Shown here one piece after another: positions 48,075 through 55,788 of a stretch of DNA of 64,000 bases; the first letter of the stretch is position 1; each line of letters opens with the position of its first letter. The notes beneath the pieces are model-generated. The model saw only the letters and a list, made by a program, of their open reading frames with translations. It made no database searches and had not been told where the DNA came from. The translations under genes and the position numbers were made by a program. Where the stretch lies: contig JAZNQE010000025.1 in the NCBI GenBank assembly GCA_045590015.1, positions 57,970 through 121,969 of the forward strand. The letters run 5' to 3'. Source of the stretch: Candidatus Onthomorpha sp. (GTDB lineage: Bacteria; Bacteroidota; Bacteroidia; Bacteroidales; P3).

Positions 48075-48947
48075 TTATTTTCTTGAAGTACTCTTTTTAG
48101 AAACTTGTCTTCTTGGACGTTTTGTTTCGTTATCTTCTGCAACAGCTTTTACTTTTCTGATTTTGTTTTCTTCTTTTCCTTCAGTTACCTCATCATCAAG
48201 TAGTTCAGTTGCCAATCTGTCGTTTTCAGCTTCCTCTTGTTCTGCAACTTTGCTATCTTTGTCCATTTTTCTTTCTTGCATACCTTCTTCAATAGCTTGG
48301 CATACATAGTCAACAATTAAAGCAACAGATTTTGATGCGTCATCATTTGCAGGTATTGCAAAATCAACAACATCAGGATCACAGTTTGTATCAACCATTG
48401 CAAATGTAGGGATATTCAAACGTTTTGCCTCTGCAACAGCAATGTGTTCTTTGTTAACATCAACTATAAACAAAGCAGAAGGAAGACGAGTAAGTTCTGC
48501 AATAGAACCCAAGTTCTTTTCTAACTTAGCTTTTTCTCTTGTGATTTGAAGTCTTTCTCTTTTTGATATTGCTGTAGATTCTTTATCGTTCAACAATCTT
48601 TCCAAAGAGTTCATCTTCTTAACGGCTTTTCTTATTGTAACAAAGTTAGTAAGCATACCGCCTGGCCAACGTTCTGTTACGAAAGGCATATTTGTTCTCT
48701 TTACTCTCTCAGCAACTATATCCTTTGCTTGTTTTTTGGTTGCAACAAACAATATTTTCTTACCTGATTTTGCTATTTGTTTCAATGCAGCAGAAGCCTC
48801 TTCTACTTTAGCTGCAGTTTTGTGTAAGTCTATAATGTGGATACCATTACGTTCCATAAATATATATGGAGCCATTTTTGGATTCCATTTTCTTCTCAAG
48901 TGTCCGAAGTGAACACCTGCATCAAGCATTTGATTAAATTCTAACAT
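48075..48947 (-). CDS. rpsB: 30S ribosomal protein S2 (with acidic/basic C-terminal tail)
   Basis: MLDAGVHFGH..RKWNPKM, the S2 core, and an extended C-terminal tail of about 50 aa. Confidence 0.95.
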   Translation of the reverse strand: MLEFNQMLDAGVHFGHLRRKWNPKMAPYIFMERNGIHIIDLHKTAAKVEEASAALKQIAKSGKKILFVATKKQAKDIVAERVKRTNMPFVTERWPGGMLTNFVTIRKAVKKMNSLERLLNDKESTAISKRERLQITREKAKLEKNLGSIAELTRLPSALFIVDVNKEHIAVAEAKRLNIPTFAMVDTNCDPDVVDFAIPANDDASKSVALIVDYVCQAIEEGMQERKMDKDSKVAEQEEAENDRLATELLDDEVTEGKEENKIRKVKAVAEDNETKRPRRQVSKKSTSRK

Positions 48948-49051
48948 TTTTTCTTTCTTTTTTGTTTACTTTCCTAAATTTTACTATCAATCGGTAAGTA
49001 GTTGTGTTTTTACAAATCTCACCAATTTGGATACTAAACAATATCCATATA

Positions 49052-49441
49052 CTAACGTTTGCTGAATTGGAAACGTTTTCTTGCTTTCTTTTGACCAGGT
49101 TTCTTTCTTTCAACCATACGAGGGTCTCTTCTCAACAAGCCTTTTGCTTTCAAAGCACTTCTATCCTCTGCATTAACTTCACATAAAGCTCTTGCAATAC
49201 CCATTCTCAATGCTTCTGCTTGTCCTGAGATTCCACCACCATCAAGATTTGCTTTTACATCATATTTTCCCTCTGCTCCGATTGTTTCGAATGCTTGACG
49301 GCAAATATATTGTAAAGTTTCAGTAGGGAAATATTCTTTGTAATCTCTTCCGTTTACTATTATTGCACCTTCACCTGCTTTCATATAAACTCTGGCAACG
49401 GCACATTTTCTTCTTCCTATGGTATTTATTACTCCTTCCAT
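49052..49441 (-). CDS. rpsI: 30S ribosomal protein S9
   Basis: GRRK-AVARV...GGG-SGQA-A...RDPR-VERKK-G--KARK--QFSKR. Confidence 0.95.
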   Translation of the reverse strand: MEGVINTIGRRKCAVARVYMKAGEGAIIVNGRDYKEYFPTETLQYICRQAFETIGAEGKYDVKANLDGGGISGQAEALRMGIARALCEVNAEDRSALKAKGLLRRDPRMVERKKPGQKKARKRFQFSKR

Positions 49442-49446
49442 ATCTC

Positions 49447-49902
49447 TTATCTGATTGAATTAAGGTTTACTAATTTAGGTTGTTGTGCCTGAAATTTGTG
49501 TTCTGTTCCTGCAACTACATGCAAATTTCTATACAATTTAGCACCCAATTTATTCTTTGGCAACATTCCTTTTACTGCATGCTCAACAATACGAATAGGG
49601 AACTTTGCCATCAATTCCTTAGGCGTAGAGAAACGTTGTCCTCCTGGATAACCTGTATGTCTTACATAAACCTTATCGGTGAATTTCTTTCCTGTGAATC
49701 TAACTTTATCTGCATTGATAACAATTACATTATCTCCGCAATCCACATGTGGAGTAAAGCATGGTTTATGCTTTCCTCTCAATACGTTTGCAACTTTGGT
49801 AGCCAAACGTCCTACCACTTCATTTTCGGCATCGATAACTATCCATTCTTTTTTTACCGTGTTTTTGTTAGCCGAAATTGTTTTATAACTCAATGTACTC
49901 AT
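49447..49902 (-). CDS. rplM: 50S ribosomal protein L13
   Basis: W-VIDA---V-GRLAT-VA--LRGKHKP-FTPHVD-GD. Confidence 0.95.
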   Translation of the reverse strand: MSTLSYKTISANKNTVKKEWIVIDAENEVVGRLATKVANVLRGKHKPCFTPHVDCGDNVIVINADKVRFTGKKFTDKVYVRHTGYPGGQRFSTPKELMAKFPIRIVEHAVKGMLPKNKLGAKLYRNLHVVAGTEHKFQAQQPKLVNLNSIR

Positions 49903-50061
49903 TTCGTTTTTGCTTTCTAAAACATTAAAAACTTACACTCTTTCAACGAAAAAACAACCACCGAAACGGGCAGTAACGGCTATTGATTTTTCATCTAACT
50001 TTCTCCAAATCAATTAGTCATAGGATAATACGGGTTCGCTGACACATAGATTCAGAGTTTG

Positions 50062-50069
50062 CAAAATTA
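50062..50069 (-). promoter_or_regulatory. -7 box TAatTTTG upstream of rplM-rpsI
   Basis: CAAAATTA on the plus strand, about 160 nt upstream of the rplM start, which implies a long leader. Confidence 0.4.
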
Positions 50070-50201
50070 CTATTTTTTCTTTACAAATCAAGCATTTGAG
50101 TAATTTTTTTTGATTTTTACTCATAAAACTTAGGCAATTATGATAGATATTTGCTAACTTCGCAGTGTTTTCATCACATAACAAACACACAATTTGCATC
50201 T

Positions 50202-50924
50202 ATGAAGAACGATATTGATAAACCCAATTCATACGAAAAGAGATTAAATATAAAACAATGGGATACTGCAGATCGTCCAAGAGAAAAGTTAATGAACCTT
50301 GGAAGACAAAATCTGAGCAATGCAGAGTTGTTGGCAATAATATTAGGTAGTGGAAACACAAAACAAACAGCAGTGGATTTGGCAAAAGATATTCTCGACA
50401 GTGTAAACAACAACCTGCATGAGCTATCCAAATTATCGTACAAAGATTTCTGTAACAGATTCAATGGCATAGGTCCTGCAAAAGCATTAAACATAATTTC
50501 CGCATTGGAATTGGGATTCAGAAGAAAAGAATCATCCGCTTTACAAAAGACTAAAATTACAAGTTCTGCCGATGCATATAGTGTACTTGCTCAATATCTT
50601 TTGGATTTGGATTATGAGGCATTTTGGATAATTCTACTCGACATAAAAGGTAAAGTATTAAAATGTATGTGTATAAGCGAAGGTGGCTGGAATGATACAT
50701 CGATTGACGTAAGGAAAATATTCAAGGCAGCATTGGAGTTCAACGCATCATCACTTATACTCGCTCATAACCACCCGTCAGGAGAAACAGAACCGAGCAA
50801 AGACGATATTACAACCACAAGAAGAATCATAGAAGCAGGAAAGTTGATGTCGATAAAAATATTAGATCATATAATAATAGGAAACTGCAAATATCTCAGC
50901 ATGCTTGACGAAGGGATTTTATAA
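50202..50924 (+). CDS. radC: RadC-family (JAMM/MPN) protein
   Basis: RPREKL...LSNAELLAIILGSG, HNHPSGETEPSKDD. Start moved to MKNDIDK. Confidence 0.85.
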   Translation: MKNDIDKPNSYEKRLNIKQWDTADRPREKLMNLGRQNLSNAELLAIILGSGNTKQTAVDLAKDILDSVNNNLHELSKLSYKDFCNRFNGIGPAKALNIISALELGFRRKESSALQKTKITSSADAYSVLAQYLLDLDYEAFWIILLDIKGKVLKCMCISEGGWNDTSIDVRKIFKAALEFNASSLILAHNHPSGETEPSKDDITTTRRIIEAGKLMSIKILDHIIIGNCKYLSMLDEGIL

Positions 50925-50960
50925 ATATCATTCGTTTTTGTTCAAAACAACAAATTAAAC

Positions 50961-50995
50961 AAAAAAACCTCCCGCTTTTAAGGAGGTTTTCTTAT
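50961..50995. terminator. bidirectional terminator between radC and the lipoprotein gene
   Basis: AACCTCC-cgcttttaa-GGAGGTT flanked by A7 and T4 runs. Confidence 0.65.
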
Positions 50996-51017
50996 CTATC
51001 AATATTTTCTCATTTTT

Positions 51018-51542
51018 TTAAGGCACTGCCACAAATTGTCCGCTGAATGTGCGAAGTGAGTTCTGCACAGCCTCAGGAGTAAGGTTGCCACCGATAAGAG
51101 AAAGTGCGTGGTCTTTCCTTAACATCTTACCAGTAAAGGTTGCTGCAATCGAATCTTCGCCATATTCGCTCATTGTCAAAACTCCGCAAACGGCAACAAA
51201 TTCTTCTCTCGCATCAATCGTTGAAACAAATTCCAAATCAGCCTGAGTTGCAAATCCTTCTCCGAACGGATGTGCCGCAGACATTTCTTCAAAATCCTTT
51301 CCGTAACCAATCGTGTATTGTTTTACCTCATTTCCTTTCACCTTTACACTTAAGGTTTGAGCCACATTTGTTCCCAATACATCGGTTACGCCATCTGCAA
51401 ACACGAAATTGGCAATCGGCATGTGATACGCAGTCTTGTCGATTGTCAAATCGGCAGAACCTGTAAAATCTCTATCTTCGCTACACGACACCCCAAAAAG
51501 AGAAATCACGACAAGCGAAAAAAGCAAAAATATTTTTCTCAT
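51018..51542 (-). CDS. hypothetical lipoprotein (paralogue of the upstream gene)
   Basis: Lipobox GVSCSE. Co-linear similarity with 51567..52088 (GTNV, Y-TIGYG/LGLG, G-LT/LEI--Y, TF-G motifs). Confidence 0.5.
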   Translation of the reverse strand: MRKIFLLFSLVVISLFGVSCSEDRDFTGSADLTIDKTAYHMPIANFVFADGVTDVLGTNVAQTLSVKVKGNEVKQYTIGYGKDFEEMSAAHPFGEGFATQADLEFVSTIDAREEFVAVCGVLTMSEYGEDSIAATFTGKMLRKDHALSLIGGNLTPEAVQNSLRTFSGQFVAVP

Positions 51543-51566
51543 ACGTCTTCTATATTAAAATACAGC

Positions 51567-52088
51567 CTATAGTTTCTGACCTACAGCCTTGAAACTTCCG
51601 CTTATTTCCTTTATGCTTTCTTGCAATGCATCCCAATTCAAATCACCCTCACTCAAAATCGAGGTCTTTATACCATATCCACTGAAAGTTCCTTCAACTT
51701 TTTGAGAAGTGTATTTGGTTATTTCCAAAGTACCACACAAAGTTGTCATTCCCTCTTCCCTTATTCCTGATGAAGGAATATAAACCAATGTATTTTCCAT
51801 TGAAGAAATATTGGAAAGGTTAGCTGCTGCAGAAAGCAAATCAGCTCCAAGTCCAAGTGTATATGTTCCTACACTATCGCCAGTGAAAGCAATTGCAACA
51901 CTTTCTTGAACATTAGTTCCCACAATTGTTGTTATACCTTCGATTTGAGTAAACAATGCATCAGGAATCTTTACTTGCTCTTCACCAATTGTGATATTCA
52001 TTTCACCAACCATATCTTGCAGTTCTTCACAACCAAAGAACATAACCGGTGCCAACAAGCACACTAAAAATCTCATAATTTTTTTCAT
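51567..52088 (-). CDS. hypothetical lipoprotein (tandem paralogue)
   Basis: Lipobox FFGCEE, the same length (173 vs 174 aa), and motif order shared with 51018..51542. Confidence 0.5.
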   Translation of the reverse strand: MKKIMRFLVCLLAPVMFFGCEELQDMVGEMNITIGEEQVKIPDALFTQIEGITTIVGTNVQESVAIAFTGDSVGTYTLGLGADLLSAAANLSNISSMENTLVYIPSSGIREEGMTTLCGTLEITKYTSQKVEGTFSGYGIKTSILSEGDLNWDALQESIKEISGSFKAVGQKL

Positions 52089-52156
52089 GACAATCTATTT
52101 TTTATGTTTTGAAGTGCAAAAATATTGTTTTTTTTTCTAATCACAAAATTTATTTC

Positions 52157-52164
52157 TAATTTTG
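52157..52164 (+). promoter_or_regulatory. -7 box TAatTTTG upstream of mreC
   Basis: 21 nt upstream of the ATG at 52185. Confidence 0.5.
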
Positions 52165-52184
52165 CAAAGAATTTGAGTGATGGT

Positions 52185-53018
52185 ATGAACAATCTTATAC
52201 GTTTTTTACAAAAATATTATTACATCTTCTTGTTTCTGATACTCGAAGGTTTTGCGGTGTATTTCATTTCCTGCAATTCGTTTTATCAAGGCTCTGCAAT
52301 AACGAGCTTCGCCAATAGTGTTGCCGGTGGAGTTTATGGAGGGGTTGATGCAGTATCAAAATATTTTTCGCTTGCTTCTGTCAACGAAGAATTGGTAAAG
52401 GAAAACGCAAGACTCCGAGAACAAATCGAATCATCTTATGTGCGTTATACCGACAGGGTGATGATAAAAGATGATACGATTTACAAACAACAATTCTCTT
52501 TTGTTGAAGCCAAAGTCATATCAAAATCAATTAATAAACGCAACAATTATTTCATGCTCAACAAGGGGCTCTCGAGCGGAATCTTGAAAGATATGAGTGT
52601 GATAGCACCAAACGGTATAGTTGGAGTAGTTGTAAACAGTACAGAGAATTTTTCTCTTGTCATGACCGTTCTGCACCAAGACAGCAAGATTGCGGTAAAG
52701 AACAAAAGAACCAGTGCAAGCGGCACTCTTGTATGGAATGGAGGGAATTATGCAACTGGACAAGTTATCGACATTCCTTCATCTATGCCTCTTAAAGTCG
52801 GAGACACAATAACGACAAGCGGCTTTTCAAGAAATTTCCCTGAAGGAATCGAAGTCGGATACATAAAGAAATTCAGCAAAGATAGCGGAAGTGGTTTTTA
52901 CAATGTGGAAATAAAATACAGCACCGACTACAATAAATTAGGATATGTTTATGTGGTGAAGAACTTCTTTAAGTTGGAACAAGAGCAATTGGAAAGGGGG
53001 ATAAAGGAAGATGAGTAA
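52185..53018 (+). CDS. mreC: rod shape-determining protein MreC
   Basis: N-terminal TM, coiled coil (LVKENARLREQIE) and beta-barrel domains (NGIVGVV, SGTLVWNG, GDTITTSG). Start follows a TAatTTTG box. Confidence 0.8.
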   Translation: MNNLIRFLQKYYYIFLFLILEGFAVYFISCNSFYQGSAITSFANSVAGGVYGGVDAVSKYFSLASVNEELVKENARLREQIESSYVRYTDRVMIKDDTIYKQQFSFVEAKVISKSINKRNNYFMLNKGLSSGILKDMSVIAPNGIVGVVVNSTENFSLVMTVLHQDSKIAVKNKRTSASGTLVWNGGNYATGQVIDIPSSMPLKVGDTITTSGFSRNFPEGIEVGYIKKFSKDSGSGFYNVEIKYSTDYNKLGYVYVVKNFFKLEQEQLERGIKEDE

Positions 53019-53526
53019 AAGCATATTACTGACAGCTTTGAGATTTATTTTATTGCTAACAGTTCAAGTATTGATACTGAACAATATCAATTTGTTTGGA
53101 TTGGTTGAACCGTTATTATATGTATGGTTTATTTTGTTGTTACCTCTCCGCACACCTAAATGGGCGGTTTTATTGTTATCGTTTCTAATGGGATTCTGTG
53201 TTGATATTTTCAGCGGACAAGTAGGTTTTCATACAGCGGTCAGTGTGTTTACGGGATTCATCCGTCCTTTGTTTCTTGGTGCTTTGCTGACAAACTCTCA
53301 CAATGAAGCGCACGACACTCCTACATCTGCAAACATGGGCTTTATGCCTTATTTCGGTTACGTATCAATCCTTATGATTATCCACACATTTACCCTTATT
53401 GCGATAGAGTCTTTGCGTTGGAGCGAAATACTTCAATATCTTCTTCGTTCGAGTTTGAGTTCGCTTGCAGGCATAGTGCTTATACTTATCTGCGATATGG
53501 TTTTCTTCCCTTCATCGAAAAATTAA
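53011..53526 (+). CDS. mreD: rod shape-determining protein MreD
   Basis: 171-aa polytopic membrane protein overlapping the mreC stop by 8 nt, the usual mreCD arrangement. Confidence 0.7.
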   Translation: MSKSILLTALRFILLLTVQVLILNNINLFGLVEPLLYVWFILLLPLRTPKWAVLLLSFLMGFCVDIFSGQVGFHTAVSVFTGFIRPLFLGALLTNSHNEAHDTPTSANMGFMPYFGYVSILMIIHTFTLIAIESLRWSEILQYLLRSSLSSLAGIVLILICDMVFFPSSKN

Positions 53527-53617
53527 CACAACTATAAGACAATAAGACTACAAGACAACGAGATAGTTGTCATTTTATAGTCTTATGGACTTGTTCTCTT
53601 TCAGACTCCTTGACCCC

Positions 53618-53697
53618 GAGTCTTTGTTTTAGAAAACTGATTCTTGATTTCGGCAGATTATTTCTTGATTTCGATAGAGCGATTCTTTGTTTTATTT
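53618..53697. repeat. 21-bp repeat family, locus 11
   Basis: GAGTCTTTGTTTTAG AAAACTGATTCTTGATTTCGG CAGATTATTTCTTGATTTCGA TAGAGCGATTCTTTGTTTTAT. Confidence 0.85.
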
Positions 53698-53720
53698 TCA
53701 CAAAACGCCATTTCGAAAAT

Positions 53721-53829
53721 ATTACGAAGTTTTCGTAATATTATTTCGAAGCCTTCGTAATCCGATTACGACAAACTCGTAATACTATTACGACAGTTTC
53801 GTAATACCATTACGAAGCCTTCGTAAAAT
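53721..53829. repeat. 5 x 22-bp tandem array, each unit a 19-bp palindrome ATTACGAAG-N-CTTCGTAAT
   Basis: Units start at 53721, 53743, 53765, 53787 and 53809, an exact 22-bp phase. Sequences: ATTACGAAGTTTTCGTAAT, ATTTCGAAGCCTTCGTAAT, ATTACGACAAACTCGTAAT, ATTACGACAGTTTCGTAAT, ATTACGAAGCCTTCGTAAA. A related ATTTCGAAAAT lies at about 53710. Confidence 0.9.
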
Positions 53830-53981
53830 AATTATCAAGCCGTTGATTTTTTTTGATACAAAGAAAAACGCAGTTGCAAACGCCTTTATCTATCTTGCAA
53901 AGGCTTGTTTGGTTTTGCGGAAAGTAGGAAAATCATTATCTTTTCTTATTAAAGTATAACAATAACTCTTAGAAAAGAATT

Positions 53982-54210
53982 ATGAAAATCACGATACGAT
54001 ATAATGAAATCGCGGACTTTGTCGAGAAAAAGCTTAAAAGAAAGGCTTAATTTCGTCGGTATAGATTCCAAAACCTTTGAGACAACTTATAAATCCAGCA
54101 TTTTCCATCGATAGGAATAAGGTTAAGAGTTGAGCAGAGGGAGAATAATTCGCTTGGAAGAGGTTCATTTCGACACAGAAACACTTAATGTAATTGCAGG
54201 AATAAAATAA
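53982..54210 (+). pseudogene. remnant of a small ORF broken by a frameshift and stop codons
   Basis: MKITIRYNEIADFVEKKLKRKA(stop) continues in another frame as NFVGIDSKTFETTYKSSIFHR(stop), then ELSRGRIIRLEEVHFDTETLNVIAGIK. No intact ORF of 60 aa or more here. Confidence 0.3.
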
Positions 54211-54227
54211 GCAACTGCTGAAAACAG

Positions 54228-54269
54228 AAACAAACGCCGATATACTTTGTGCATATCGGCGTTTGTTTT
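54228..54269. terminator. bidirectional terminator (16-bp perfect stem)
   Basis: AAACAAACGCCGATAT-actttgtgc-ATATCGGCGTTTGTTT, 14 nt beyond the stop of the 368-aa membrane protein gene. Confidence 0.8.
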
Positions 54270-54282
54270 ACTTAACAATTGC

Positions 54283-55389
54283 TTAATCGTTTCCCCAATC
54301 TTTGTATTTGGACATATCGTATTTCTTTTGTCCCCATTGCTCATCCGAAATCGTGCTATCAACCGACTCGATATCATCAAGAAACGAATCTTCCAACTTT
54401 GCTCTCTTTTTTTCTTTCTTTTTATATGAGATATAAAGGTAAATCAAAAAGCCGATTATTATCAGTCCCAAGCTAAGCAGGATTACATTTTCCAAAAAGT
54501 AGTTTCTGTATGGCGAAACATCACAAAACAACCCGCCATCGAATATAACCTTAACAACAATCATCACCCCCAATACTATGAGAAGAAGTGGCAGATTTAT
54601 CCTTTCATCATCAATTAGCACGCTTTCTTCGCTTTCTTCTACAAACCTATACCTTTTCAATACGACAGGAAACATTATCCCTATCATTCCTCCAAGTAAC
54701 ATCACCGCCGCAAGCACTTCCATCCAAGTAAAAGCAGGTTTGAATGGAATAAAGAAAAGATTGACAATCACAATACCTATAATCGCAGGAACAAGAATAT
54801 CCGTTTTCACAGATTCTTTCAAACGTCCTGCATAAGGATTTAAGATATATTTTATCAGCGATGACGACCAATAAAAACCTGCCGCAGTAAGGAGTATCAA
54901 AACAATGATAAAGATAGTCTTTCCTAAATTCCCTGGATAAGTAATACCCATAAAGTCTGTAACCAAGTTGATATTCCACAAATGAGAAATATGCCCTACG
55001 ATGAAATTACTGCTCAAACGAACAAACGAACAAATAAATATCCAAAATAAAAATCGTTTGATTTGTAATTTATCTGTTTGCCATCTTGTAAGCAAAAGAA
55101 CGGCTGTTATACTGAGAATAATTACGGCAATGACAGCCATACCAAATATCGCTATAACATTGTCAGCACTTGTCCATACATCCCCGCTCGCCGCACTATT
55201 TACATGACTAAAGTCTATCTCGTGAGTATAAAGCACCATAGGCACTCCATGAGTAAACGCACTCAAGAAGGTTGATATTTGAACCACATAAAAAACCATG
55301 AGGTATGACATAACAAACAATACCGTATTATTTATTATGCTGTTCTTTTTCTGTTTGAATAAATTCGTTAGTGTTTCCATCTGTACCAA
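54283..55389 (-). CDS. hypothetical polytopic membrane protein
   Basis: About 9 predicted TM helices and an acidic/basic cytoplasmic tail. No recognisable family. Confidence 0.5.
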   Translation of the reverse strand: MVQMETLTNLFKQKKNSIINNTVLFVMSYLMVFYVVQISTFLSAFTHGVPMVLYTHEIDFSHVNSAASGDVWTSADNVIAIFGMAVIAVIILSITAVLLLTRWQTDKLQIKRFLFWIFICSFVRLSSNFIVGHISHLWNINLVTDFMGITYPGNLGKTIFIIVLILLTAAGFYWSSSLIKYILNPYAGRLKESVKTDILVPAIIGIVIVNLFFIPFKPAFTWMEVLAAVMLLGGMIGIMFPVVLKRYRFVEESEESVLIDDERINLPLLLIVLGVMIVVKVIFDGGLFCDVSPYRNYFLENVILLSLGLIIIGFLIYLYISYKKKEKKRAKLEDSFLDDIESVDSTISDEQWGQKKYDMSKYKDWGND

Positions 55390-55784
55390 AACAATTGGTC
55401 TTTAATTTGAATATCGAGAATCACCCTTATTCTCAATGCCATCTGAATAAAAATCTCTAAATCTCTTTCTTCTAACCATCGCATGCCATCGGGTTCTTTG
55501 CGACATGCGGCAGAAAAGTTTATGTAAAACTCATTCTTTGAACTTAACACCCACTGCACAGCTTTCTTTTCTCCGTCAATTGCATTGCTCAACACTCCAA
55601 GTTCTCCATAACCATTATCAAAGAGCCAATGCAGTGCATCAACATCTCCAAGCACTGCATTACTCCAAGCCGCAAGTTCGGGATAACCATTATCCAAAAG
55701 CCATTTGAAAAACTTCTTCTTCCCTTTGAGCGATTCCAATAAAACAATCAGAATCTTTATGTCGTAATCAACCAAAGAAACCAT
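55368..55784 (-). CDS. hypothetical protein with ~27-aa internal repeats
   Basis: WLLDNGYPELAAWSNAVLGDVDALH / WLFDNGYGELGVLSNAIDGEKKAVQ / WVLSSKNEFYINFSAACRKEPDGMR / WLEERD. Confidence 0.45.
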   Translation of the reverse strand: MVSLVDYDIKILIVLLESLKGKKKFFKWLLDNGYPELAAWSNAVLGDVDALHWLFDNGYGELGVLSNAIDGEKKAVQWVLSSKNEFYINFSAACRKEPDGMRWLEERDLEIFIQMALRIRVILDIQIKDQLFWYRWKH

Positions 55785-55788
55785 AGAC

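Noticed and set aside
49480-49920. 146-aa plus-strand ORF over rplM
   Set aside because: It is antisense to ribosomal protein L13.
53721-53829. Possibility that the 22-bp palindrome array is a CRISPR array or a replication origin
   Set aside because: It has no spacers. No DnaA boxes (TTATCCACA), dnaA gene or Rep gene lie nearby. I kept it as an unexplained operator- or iteron-like array instead.
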